Of a stretch of DNA of 64,000 nt, positions 35,740 through 44,464 are shown piece after piece. The stretch spans positions 131,930 to 195,929 of the forward strand of contig CAYVYM010000001.1 of assembly GCA_964455705.1 (NCBI GenBank), given 5' to 3'. The number at the start of each line of letters is the position of its first letter. Position 1 is the first letter of the stretch. Below the pieces are notes generated by a model. That model worked only from the letters and a program-made list of their open reading frames with translations, was not told the origin of the DNA and searched no databases. A program made the translations under genes and the position numbers. This DNA comes from an uncultured Rikenella sp. GTDB taxonomy: Bacteria; Bacteroidota; Bacteroidia; Bacteroidales; VadinHA17.

Positions 35740-36740
35740 CTGGTAATGACTTTACAGGCAGGATACATGTTTTCAAGCTGGGCTATTTCAGATTCCGGCA
35801 CCTCGGTATTTATCAACCCAAGTTCCTCCAGGTTTTTGAGTTTATTCAGTACCGGAAAGGTCGACATTAACGGATTATTGTCGGCATATAGTTTCTTCAG
35901 TCCTGGCAGCTCTTCAATCACCCCGGGCAGTGAAGTCAGGCTGTTATTGAAGATGCCGAGGGTCTTAAGATTTCTGAACAGCGATATCTCCTGTGGGAGT
36001 GTGGTGACAAATACCCCAAGGTTTACGATATATAGTTCATCAAGTGGATAGTCAGCGGCGTTCTTCACTATTGTTGTCAGGTCAACCGGCACCGGGCTCT
36101 GAGTGTTTGTTATAACCAGGGTCCTTATGGATTTGTACAGAGGCATGATGTCGATGATAGCCTGTATTCCCCTCATTGATACATCTATCACCAGCACCTC
36201 CAGCTCCCCGGCGACCCAGGGAATAGGCTCTATTGCATCATCCTGCCGGTATTCCTCAACGATCTCCTCTCGCAACGGTTCTGCTAATAATATGTCCGCT
36301 CCCTTACCACCGCCAGCAGCCTTTATTATCTGACCAAAAATGTCAATCTTCTGCTGTGCCATGTCCTGGCTTATCTCCGCCATCTTCTCAGCGTCATCAG
36401 AGGAGTCCTGTCCCGATTGGTTCCCTGATCCGGAACCTGTTCCGGCTCCGGACCCGGCAGGCGCACCGGATCTGCCCTGCATGTTTGTGCCGGACAACAA
36501 CTGTTTTGCCAGATCACGGATCTGCTCGTTGGCCTTTTTTGCAGCCGCAGGGTCATCCCAGTTGGTTGTACGCCTGATCTCAGCCATCCGTTGCCTGATC
36601 TGGTCGGGTGACTGTGTGCTCTGTGCAGTGACAAGAGCTGACACGCATATCATCATCACCATAAGCCAACGCTTCACCTGACCAGGGTTTGACAGAATGT
36701 TCAACCTCCGCCTTCCCACCGTGGGAGAGTCGCTATTCAT
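35736..36740 (-). CDS. Leucine-rich-repeat protein with N-terminal helical and Gly/Ser-rich regions (operon gene 3)
   Basis: C-terminal LRRs (LPQEISLFRNLKTLGIFNNSLTSLPGVIEELPGLKKLYADNNPL...LKNLEELGLINTEV). The hydrophobic signal-like segment is WLMVMMICVSALVTAQ. The start is ambiguous. ATG 36740 overlaps the upstream stop by 8 nt (ATGAATAG). The alternatives are GTG 36677 and ATG 36662. The ORF-track start at 36845 is unlikely. Confidence 0.7.
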   Translation of the reverse strand: MNSDSPTVGRRRLNILSNPGQVKRWLMVMMICVSALVTAQSTQSPDQIRQRMAEIRRTTNWDDPAAAKKANEQIRDLAKQLLSGTNMQGRSGAPAGSGAGTGSGSGNQSGQDSSDDAEKMAEISQDMAQQKIDIFGQIIKAAGGGKGADILLAEPLREEIVEEYRQDDAIEPIPWVAGELEVLVIDVSMRGIQAIIDIMPLYKSIRTLVITNTQSPVPVDLTTIVKNAADYPLDELYIVNLGVFVTTLPQEISLFRNLKTLGIFNNSLTSLPGVIEELPGLKKLYADNNPLMSTFPVLNKLKNLEELGLINTEVPESEIAQLENMYPACKVITR

Positions 36741-37725
36741 CCTCAGCGAAGTAGAGCTTATATTGATAGGCGGCCTCCAATTTTTCAAGGTATCCGTCAA
36801 TAGCCCCCAGGGCCGGAATCTCCCTCCCCTCAGCAGGCATTTCAATGCCTGACTGTGCTTTGATTGCTTCGGCCGAAATGTTGCCCAGGTTCTGATAGTC
36901 CGGTATGGAAGACTTTATGATTTCCAGGTGTTTGCGGAGTGCGGCACGGTACTTTGGAGTATACTTGTTGCAGTATGCTATTTTTTCATTCTTAATCAAA
37001 AGTGCCAGCGAATCCATCTGCTTCCCCTGACCGTAGTCGATTCCTGTCATTGACATCCTCTTATTATGCCAGGCATCCATCCTGTCAAGCATTTTCTGCC
37101 GCTCAGGATCAGATTCGAGAGGCGTGTAAAGCGCTGCAATCTTATTGGTTATTTCAGATATCTTACTGTTTGCTGCCTGCTGTGATATAACTGACTGATA
37201 CATGCTTTGCGCGTTCCTGTTCCTCGCTTCCTGGTTCGGATCAGCCTGATGGGTTGCTATTGCTTCCGTTGCGTAGGCTTCAGCATAGGCTTTTTTCCCT
37301 GCCTCGCTCATTTTTCCAATACTTTGCGCGTCATCCATCGTCATATTGGTCTGCTGTGACATCATCTTGTTTGCCAGAGCCTGCTTTTCGGCAGCAGACA
37401 TGTTCTTCGAGTTCTTCATCTTCTCGAGGTCTGCCTGGGAGATACCGTACATCTCCGACATCTGCTTCATGGCATTGTCACGAGCATTGCCTTCATTGGC
37501 TTTCATATGCGTGTCAACCCTCTTATTGATTGCATGGAGCTCTTCCTTTAGCTGCTTCTGCAGTCCTGCAACCGCAGATTTAAAGTCTTCCGCCGCCACC
37601 CTTGTGATGTTGCATGAATCCTTCGGCAGCACCGGGAGTTTCTTCAGATAATCGGCCGTTCTGGTCTGTGCCAATGACAATGATCCTATGCCCAGTGTGA
37701 TGAGCATGAGAAAAACCTGCCTCAT
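36733..37725 (-). CDS. Secreted alpha-helical Met/Gln/Ala-rich hypothetical protein (operon gene 2)
   Basis: 330 aa. Signal peptide MRQVFLMLITLGIGSLSLAQ. Its start lies 3 nt after the upstream stop (TAAaccATG). I recognise no family. Confidence 0.75.
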   Translation of the reverse strand: MRQVFLMLITLGIGSLSLAQTRTADYLKKLPVLPKDSCNITRVAAEDFKSAVAGLQKQLKEELHAINKRVDTHMKANEGNARDNAMKQMSEMYGISQADLEKMKNSKNMSAAEKQALANKMMSQQTNMTMDDAQSIGKMSEAGKKAYAEAYATEAIATHQADPNQEARNRNAQSMYQSVISQQAANSKISEITNKIAALYTPLESDPERQKMLDRMDAWHNKRMSMTGIDYGQGKQMDSLALLIKNEKIAYCNKYTPKYRAALRKHLEIIKSSIPDYQNLGNISAEAIKAQSGIEMPAEGREIPALGAIDGYLEKLEAAYQYKLYFAEDE

Positions 37726-37728
37726 GGT

Positions 37729-39033
37729 TTAGAGTTTTATGAACTCAACCCTGCGGTTCAGTGCCTTGTTGGCGGGGGTGTCATTGGGTGCAACGGGTTG
37801 GCCTTCGCCCATACCGTCGGTCACAAGACGGTCGCCGTTCACTCCGAACGACTTCACCAGCTCGTTCTTCACTGATGCGGCCCTGCGTTTTGAAAGATCA
37901 AGGTTGGCAGCATCGGCGCCGTCGGCATCGGTATGGCCTACAATTTTGACCTTGACATCGGGGACTTCATTGAGGATACCTGCTATCTCCTTGAGCGTCC
38001 CGTATGACTCCGGTTTTACAACATCCTTGTTTACATCGAAATAAATCCCGTAGGTAATAAGCTTGCCTTCGGTCATCAGCTTATTGCGCATGTCAGGTGC
38101 ACCCACGGCAATGCGTACATTGCTGATCATGGCGGCACCGTACTCAAACCTCAGCCTGTCTGGCTTAACGCAACCTGCCGGAAATGCCCTTGGAAGATCA
38201 ATGATCTTGTTCTGATCCTGGTAAACGCGTACCCTGGTTTTCTGAACCCATATTGCAATATGGTATTTCTGGTTCATCTTCTCCTTCAGGTTGTCTCCGT
38301 CGATATAACCGGTCAGCTTGGCAGGAACGCATGCCTCACCGTAGAACCAGGTACCGTAACTGGGCCTGCCGAAATATTCAACCTGGAAATGGAATCCACC
38401 CTGGCCGGGTGCCGATCCATGGTCAAAAGCATTTACGTTTCTCGCCTGCATCAGTCTCATATGCCATCCTGACATACCCGGACCCTCCAGTCCGCCTATG
38501 GGAATAATATCATATTCAATTGTATAATTCTCAGGCAGCTTAAGCAACCCGTCAGTCCAGACGCTCTCATCCATCACAAATCTCATCCAGTTGCCCGGGT
38601 AGAGATTAGTGGTTACCACCTCAGCTGAGCCGTTGGTGTTCCACAATGCCGGGAAGTCGCCCACGGCATCCTGGCTGAAATCGTCATAAAAGATTACCTT
38701 CTCACCCGGGATAAAGTCATATTTGGAATAGCTCTCCAGTGAGGTCCCTGACTGGCTTCCGGCCTTCTGGTCGCTCTTGCCCTGAGCCTGTCCGTCTGCG
38801 GTGTTCTGGCCACCTGCTGCCTGTCCTGATCCGTCATCAGCTTTGAGTCCGGCTGCGATACTGTCCTCTGCAGTATCAAGCACCTTGTTGATAGCCTGGT
38901 CAGTCTTCTGGTTGAGCCGCCTGTTTACATTCTGCTCAAGTTTTTTCTTAAGATCAACCTTGATCTGTGCTTCTGCATTAATGGTCATGCTAAATAAAAT
39001 CAGCACAGCCATAATCCTGGTTAGGGTCTTCAT
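37729..39033 (-). CDS. OmpA-family protein with central beta-sandwich domain (operon gene 1)
   Basis: 434 aa. Signal peptide MKTLTRIMAVLILFSMTINAEAQ. A low-complexity Gly/Gln/Ala segment is followed by the SYSKYDFIPGEKVIFYDDF block. The C-terminal OmpA-like domain reads VKIVGHTDADGADAANLDLSKRRAASVKNEL...NRRVEFIK. Confidence 0.85.
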   Translation of the reverse strand: MKTLTRIMAVLILFSMTINAEAQIKVDLKKKLEQNVNRRLNQKTDQAINKVLDTAEDSIAAGLKADDGSGQAAGGQNTADGQAQGKSDQKAGSQSGTSLESYSKYDFIPGEKVIFYDDFSQDAVGDFPALWNTNGSAEVVTTNLYPGNWMRFVMDESVWTDGLLKLPENYTIEYDIIPIGGLEGPGMSGWHMRLMQARNVNAFDHGSAPGQGGFHFQVEYFGRPSYGTWFYGEACVPAKLTGYIDGDNLKEKMNQKYHIAIWVQKTRVRVYQDQNKIIDLPRAFPAGCVKPDRLRFEYGAAMISNVRIAVGAPDMRNKLMTEGKLITYGIYFDVNKDVVKPESYGTLKEIAGILNEVPDVKVKIVGHTDADGADAANLDLSKRRAASVKNELVKSFGVNGDRLVTDGMGEGQPVAPNDTPANKALNRRVEFIKL

Positions 39034-39345
39034 TTTCGTACGTGGATAAAATAAATTTTACTATAGTTTCTGGTTAATAGTAAATTTAAAGCTTTTCTTC
39101 GATTCGTTGTCTTCCCTTTCATCTACATTTTAAAAGGCTTCGTCAAAAAAAACAGGGGAGTGATCACCGGTAGCCTGTAATGCGGGATTCAGATCCTCTT
39201 CCTGGAGAGCCGTCTGTGACCGCACCGGATACGTCCCGGTTTTTCTTTAATTCAGGTTCCCGGAGCATTTTTTGTCCATTCTTGTTTTGTCCTTTTGTTT
39301 CATTGTTCGTAACTTTGGGTAGCTGCATTTTTAAATATACCGACA

Positions 39346-40668
39346 ATGAAGGAAGAGTTCCTCCACTGGGTGTGGAAAAACCGGTTCTTTGATGCCGGTC
39401 GTCTGTGCGACAGGGAAGCAGGACCGATAGAGGTGATCACTACGGGAGATTATAACCGTGACTCAGGTCCCGATTTCTTCAACACCCGCCTCACAGTTGA
39501 CGGCACCGCCTGGGCTGGTAACACGGAGATACACATCAACGCATCCGACTGGTACCGGCACGGTCACCACACTGACCATGCCTATGACAACGTCATCCTG
39601 CATCTCGTTCATAATAACGATGCGGAGGTCTATACGGCATCGGGCCGCAGGCTGCTTACCTTACCCCTGGAGTTTGATCCGTCGCTCTGGGAGAACTACA
39701 TCGATTTTGTGAATAACCCGTCAGTTCTGGCTTGTGCGGGACTGATAGGCAAGACCGACGGGTTCATGACAAAACACTGGCTCTGGTCGCTTGCCGTCGA
39801 TCGCCTGGAGAGGAAGAGCAATGAGATCAGGGAGATGCTGGGGAAGACAGGCAGCGACTGGGAGGAGACGCTCTACAGGCTAATATCGCGTTATTTCGGT
39901 TTCAGGGTCAACACCGGTCCTTTTGAGATGCTCTCTTCGCGTCTGCCTCTGAAGATCATCCGGAAACACTCAGACAACATGATCCAGGTTGAGGCGCTTC
40001 TCTTTGGCACGGCCGGACTCCTTGACGAGGCGCTCTTCAGGGAGGCGGTCACTGATGACTATTACCTGCTCCTCACCAGGGAGTACCGTGTGCTGAAAGC
40101 AAAATACTCACTGCAGCCTGTCGATGGCTGGATGTGGAAGTTCCACCGGCTGCGACCGGCAAATTTCCCGACGGTGAGGTTGTCGCAGCTGGCATCGCTG
40201 CTGACCCACAGTGACGGTCTCTTCTCGAGGGTACTAGAATCACGCGACAGAGAGAGTCTCAGGGTGCTCCTCGGCGTCAGAGCCTCGGCATACTGGAACA
40301 ACCACTACATCTTCGGCAGGGAGGTGCCCACAACCGCAGGCCGGGCAGGAAGACAATCAGCCGACCTGCTCATCATAAATGCAATTGGCCCGATCGTTTT
40401 TGTTTACGGTAAACTTAAACAACAACAGGAGAGATGTGACTGGGCCCTTAATATCCTCGATTCACTCCCTCCGGAAGAAAACAGCGTGGTATCCGATTTT
40501 ACTGAAGCCGGCCTGAGGCCGGAATCGGCGATGGCATCACAGGCTCTCATTGAACTGAGAACCCTGTGGTGCAGATATCACAAATGCCTCGATTGCCTGA
40601 TAGGCTCTTCACTGATAAGCATGGGACATAAAATAAGAGGCTCAAGCTCCATTTTCCTGGAACCTTGA
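39346..40668 (+). CDS. DUF2851-family protein
   Basis: 440 aa. The N-terminus MKEEFLHWVWKNRFF matches my recollection of Bacteroidota DUF2851 proteins. Function unknown. Confidence 0.6.
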   Translation: MKEEFLHWVWKNRFFDAGRLCDREAGPIEVITTGDYNRDSGPDFFNTRLTVDGTAWAGNTEIHINASDWYRHGHHTDHAYDNVILHLVHNNDAEVYTASGRRLLTLPLEFDPSLWENYIDFVNNPSVLACAGLIGKTDGFMTKHWLWSLAVDRLERKSNEIREMLGKTGSDWEETLYRLISRYFGFRVNTGPFEMLSSRLPLKIIRKHSDNMIQVEALLFGTAGLLDEALFREAVTDDYYLLLTREYRVLKAKYSLQPVDGWMWKFHRLRPANFPTVRLSQLASLLTHSDGLFSRVLESRDRESLRVLLGVRASAYWNNHYIFGREVPTTAGRAGRQSADLLIINAIGPIVFVYGKLKQQQERCDWALNILDSLPPEENSVVSDFTEAGLRPESAMASQALIELRTLWCRYHKCLDCLIGSSLISMGHKIRGSSSIFLEP

Positions 40669-40840
40669 ACTGCCGGCAGCGAACAAGGATAATTACCTGA
40701 AAAATATTTCAATAAAGTTTTCATCAGGCGCAACTTTTGGTATTATTCTTGCGTCTATTCTATAGAGGCTTCCTGATAAATTATTTTATTCGGAAAGTTA
40801 AAGCCCGCAGGCTGTCAAATGCAAAAAAATATTTGAATTG

Positions 40841-40873
40841 TTTGAAATATTACAAATAAGAGTTGTATCTTTG
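40841..40873 (+). promoter_or_regulatory. Bacteroidota-type promoter for rpsO (-33 TTTG / -7 TATCTTTG)
   Basis: TATCTTTG (40866-40873) fits the TAnnTTTG -7 consensus. TTTG at 40841-40844 lies 21 nt upstream of it. The start codon is 46 nt downstream. Confidence 0.4.
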
Positions 40874-40918
40874 CGATCCAAAATTGAGGAATTTATTAAC
40901 AATCTATTGGATAAGAAT

Positions 40919-41188
40919 ATGTATTTGACAGCGGAGAAAAAACAGGAATTTTTCAAGACATTCGGATCTTCAGATATGGATACAGGCAACGCTGAAGGTC
41001 AGATTGCTCTTTTCTCCTACAGGATCGCGCACCTGACTGAACACCTGAAGAAGAACAAGAAGGATTTCAGCACCCAGAGATCGCTCATTAAACTCGTCGG
41101 AAAGAGAAGGCGTTTACTTGACTATCTGAAAGTAAAAGATATTGCAAGGTACCGTGAAATAATCAAAGCACTGAACCTTCGTAAGTAG
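40919..41188 (+). CDS. rpsO: 30S ribosomal protein S15
   Basis: 89 aa from ATG 40919 (MYLTAEKKQEFFKTFG...HLKKNKKDFSTQRSLIKLVGKRRRLLDYL). The ORF-track start at 40838 was rejected. Confidence 0.95.
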   Translation: MYLTAEKKQEFFKTFGSSDMDTGNAEGQIALFSYRIAHLTEHLKKNKKDFSTQRSLIKLVGKRRRLLDYLKVKDIARYREIIKALNLRK

Positions 41189-41190
41189 AG

Positions 41191-41219
41191 AAAAAAGGCA
41201 ATTTCAGATTGCCTTTTTT
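41191..41219 (+). terminator. Rho-independent terminator after rpsO
   Basis: AAAAAAGGCAAT-ttcag-ATTGCCTTTTTT, a perfect 12-bp symmetric stem that includes the U-tract. Confidence 0.75.
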
Positions 41220-41279
41220 AATTCCCCGTAGAAGACTCCCCCTTATTTATCATTTATTGCGAATCAATCAATAATTCAA

Positions 41280-43550
41280 ATGTATAAGTTAATTGAAAAA
41301 AGCATTGACCTTGGCGATGGCCGGTCAATCGTAATTGAGACGGGCAAGCTGGCAAAGCAGGCTGACGGCTCCGTGGTTGTAAGGATGGGCAAGACTATGC
41401 TTCTGGCCACAGTCGTTGCCGCCAAAGATGCAAAGGAAGACACAGACTTCATGCCGCTTTCCGTAGAGTACAAAGAAAAGTATGCGGCATCGGGCCGCTT
41501 CCCGGGCGGATTTCTCAAGAGAGAAGCCAGACCCGGAGACAATGAGGTACTAATCTCGCGACTGGTAGACAGGGTTCTCCGCCCTCTCTTCCCGGACGAC
41601 TATCATGCAGATGTTTTTGTGACAATAAACCTTATCTCTGCAGAGAAGGATATCATGCCAGACTCACTCGCCGGACTGGCTGCTTCGGCAGCTCTGGCAG
41701 TCTCTGACATACCGTTCCATGGTCCCATTTCAGAGGTCAGGGTGGCAAGGGTCAACGGCGAATTCATTGTCAACCCGACATTTGACCAGGTGGAGGTTGC
41801 TGATCTTGACATCATCGTTGGTGCAACCTATGAGAACATCATGATGGTTGAGGGCGAAATGCATGAGGTCTCTGAAGAGGTCATGCTTGAGGCTCTGCGC
41901 ATTGCCCATGAGGCTATCAAACCACAGTGCACCGCACAGAAGGAACTCTCCGAGATGGTTGGCAAGACAGTCAAGAGAGAATATAGCCACGAGAAGAATG
42001 ATGAAGATCTGCGCAAGAAGATCTGGGACGAGACATACAAAAAGTGCTATGCCCTTGCAGCCAGCGGTTCAGACAAGAAGACCCGCACTGATGGCTTTGA
42101 TGCCATCAAGGCTGAGTTCCTCGCCCAGTTTCCTGAAGATGCGCCGGCAGATAAGATGCTGGTAAGCAGGTATTTCCACGATGTGGAGAAAGAAGCCGCA
42201 CGCCGCCTCGTTCTTGATGAGCACAAGCGTCTTGACGGCCGCAAACTGGACGAAATTCGTCAGATATGGTGTGAGATAGATCCTCTCCCGGCAGCTCATG
42301 GATCAGCAATTTTCACGCGCGGTGAGACACAGGCGCTCACTACCGTCACCCTCGGCACCAAGCTCGATCAAAAGATGATTGACGAGGTTCTGAAACAGGG
42401 ATCGGAGAAATTTACCCTTCACTATAACTTTCCACCCTTTGCCACCGGCGAAGCCAAACCTGCCCGCGGTACCAGCCGCAGGGAGATAGGCCACGGCAAC
42501 CTGGCTCACAGAGCACTGAAGACCATGATGCCTCCGGACGAAATTAACCCGTATGCAATCCGTATAGTGTCAGATATTCTTGAGTCGAATGGCTCATCAT
42601 CAATGGCAACAGTATGTGCCGGTACCCTGGCACTTATGGATGCGGGGATCAGGCTGGCCAAACCGGTTTCGGGTATTGCAATGGGCCTCATATCCGACAA
42701 GGACGGTAAGAAATTTGCCGTGCTGTCAGATATCCTGGGCGATGAGGATCACCTGGGCGACATGGACTTCAAGGTCACCGGTACACGTGACGGTATAACC
42801 GCCACACAGATGGACATAAAGGTAGACGGACTCTCATTCGAGGTGCTGAAGCAGGCTCTTGACCAGGCACGCAAGGGGAGACTCCATATACTTGACATCA
42901 TGGAACAGACTATCGCTGAGCCCAGGCCCGAACTCAAACCTCATGCTCCGAGAATAGAGAAGATCTATATCCCCAAGGAGATGATAGGCGCAGTTATCGG
43001 ACCCGGCGGAAAAATCATCCAGGATATTCAGGCAACCACAGGTGCAACCATCGTTATCGAGGAGATAAACGGCCAGGGTATGGTCGATGTCTTCGGCGAC
43101 AACTACGAGGTAATCAGAGCTGCACTCGACAGAATCAACGCCATTTGTGCTGTCCCCGAAGTCGGCAAAGTCTATACCGGCAAGGTGAAAACAATCACTC
43201 AGTTCGGAGCTTTTGTGGAGATTCTTCCAAATAAGGACGGACTTCTTCACATCTCAGAGATGGATTGGAAGAAGGTCGGCACCGTGGAGGAACTTTTCAA
43301 GGAAGGCGATATCGTTGAGGTGCAGCTGATTGAAGTCGATCAGAAGACCGGCAAGCTGAGACTCTCACGCAAGCCGCTGATTCCCAAGCCTGAAGGTTAT
43401 GTAGAACCTCCCAAACGCGAGCATTCCGAAAGAAGAGATTATCAGGGATCACGTGAAGGCGGAAGAGGCGGATATGACCGTGACCGAGGCGACCGTGGTG
43501 ACCGCGGTGACCGCCGCTCAAATGACCGCAGGAGGGACGATAACAGGTAG
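41280..43550 (+). CDS. pnp: Polynucleotide phosphorylase with Arg/Asp/Gly-rich C-terminal extension
   Basis: 756 aa. Two RNase PH domains, then KH ([20 protein letters not shown]) and S1 ([20 protein letters not shown]). It sits in the classic rpsO-pnp arrangement. Confidence 0.95.
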   Translation: MYKLIEKSIDLGDGRSIVIETGKLAKQADGSVVVRMGKTMLLATVVAAKDAKEDTDFMPLSVEYKEKYAASGRFPGGFLKREARPGDNEVLISRLVDRVLRPLFPDDYHADVFVTINLISAEKDIMPDSLAGLAASAALAVSDIPFHGPISEVRVARVNGEFIVNPTFDQVEVADLDIIVGATYENIMMVEGEMHEVSEEVMLEALRIAHEAIKPQCTAQKELSEMVGKTVKREYSHEKNDEDLRKKIWDETYKKCYALAASGSDKKTRTDGFDAIKAEFLAQFPEDAPADKMLVSRYFHDVEKEAARRLVLDEHKRLDGRKLDEIRQIWCEIDPLPAAHGSAIFTRGETQALTTVTLGTKLDQKMIDEVLKQGSEKFTLHYNFPPFATGEAKPARGTSRREIGHGNLAHRALKTMMPPDEINPYAIRIVSDILESNGSSSMATVCAGTLALMDAGIRLAKPVSGIAMGLISDKDGKKFAVLSDILGDEDHLGDMDFKVTGTRDGITATQMDIKVDGLSFEVLKQALDQARKGRLHILDIMEQTIAEPRPELKPHAPRIEKIYIPKEMIGAVIGPGGKIIQDIQATTGATIVIEEINGQGMVDVFGDNYEVIRAALDRINAICAVPEVGKVYTGKVKTITQFGAFVEILPNKDGLLHISEMDWKKVGTVEELFKEGDIVEVQLIEVDQKTGKLRLSRKPLIPKPEGYVEPPKREHSERRDYQGSREGGRGGYDRDRGDRGDRGDRRSNDRRRDDNR

Positions 43551-43606
43551 TTTTCCCCGGATATAATATCCGGCGAAGCCCCACTCGGCATCGCTTAAGA
43601 TAAACG

Positions 43607-43641
43607 GCAGAGACGCGCAACATGTGCGTCCCTGCTTTTTT
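43607..43641 (+). terminator. Rho-independent terminator after pnp
   Basis: GCAGAGACGC (43607-43616) pairs with GCGTCCCTGC (43626-43635) with one mismatch, followed by TTTTTT. Confidence 0.65.
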
Positions 43642-43698
43642 ATTGCTATTGTGAGCGTCAAATGTTATTTTTGATAATGATTGCAATGAGGGAACGAA

Positions 43699-44343
43699 AT
43701 GGAGACCGTAAGGTATAACTATATAGTCATTGAGGGAAATATCGGGGCAGGCAAGACCACCCTGGCTTCGATGATCGCCAGGGATTACAACGCAAAACTG
43801 ATCCTCGAGCGGTTTGCAGATAACCCTTTTCTTCCCAAATTCTACAGTGACCCCACCAGATACTCTTTTCCCCTGGAACTTTCATTTCTGGCTGACCGCT
43901 ACAGGCAACTGAAGGAGGAGCTGGTGGAACAGGACCTCTTCAGAAGTTTTACCGTGGCAGACTATTATTTCATGAAGTCACTCGTATTCTCCTCACAAAC
44001 ACTGGAGAAGGATGAATTCAGCCTCTACAGGCAGATTTTTTATATCATATACAGCTCACTGCCAAAGCCCGATCTCTATGTCTATCTGCATGTGCCCCCG
44101 GAGAGACTCCTTAAAAACATCGCCACCAGAGGCCGGGAGTACGAGAGGTCGATCACTGCAGAATACCTCTCAGGTATACAGGAGAGCTATTTTAATTTCT
44201 TCAGGCAGAACCCGGAAAACCGTTATCTGGTGCTTAATGTGTCAGGCATTGACTTCGTGGCCAACAAAGAAGATTACCTCAAAGTGACGGATATGATCTT
44301 CAAAGAACCAGTAGAGACGGGAATTAATCTCCGTGATTTCTGA
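43699..44343 (+). CDS. Deoxynucleoside kinase family protein
   Basis: 214 aa. P-loop IEGNIGAGKTTL and dNK-like ERF..NPFL and RGR.YE motifs. Confidence 0.85.
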   Translation: METVRYNYIVIEGNIGAGKTTLASMIARDYNAKLILERFADNPFLPKFYSDPTRYSFPLELSFLADRYRQLKEELVEQDLFRSFTVADYYFMKSLVFSSQTLEKDEFSLYRQIFYIIYSSLPKPDLYVYLHVPPERLLKNIATRGREYERSITAEYLSGIQESYFNFFRQNPENRYLVLNVSGIDFVANKEDYLKVTDMIFKEPVETGINLRDF

Positions 44344-44464
44344 ATTTTTAATATGATGGTTGAAGGTATTGACTAAAAATTATCTTAAATTTGTAACCAA
44401 ATCAGAAATATTGTATAATTGTTATAATTAACAGAAACTGATCGCAACTAATAAAAAACAAATT

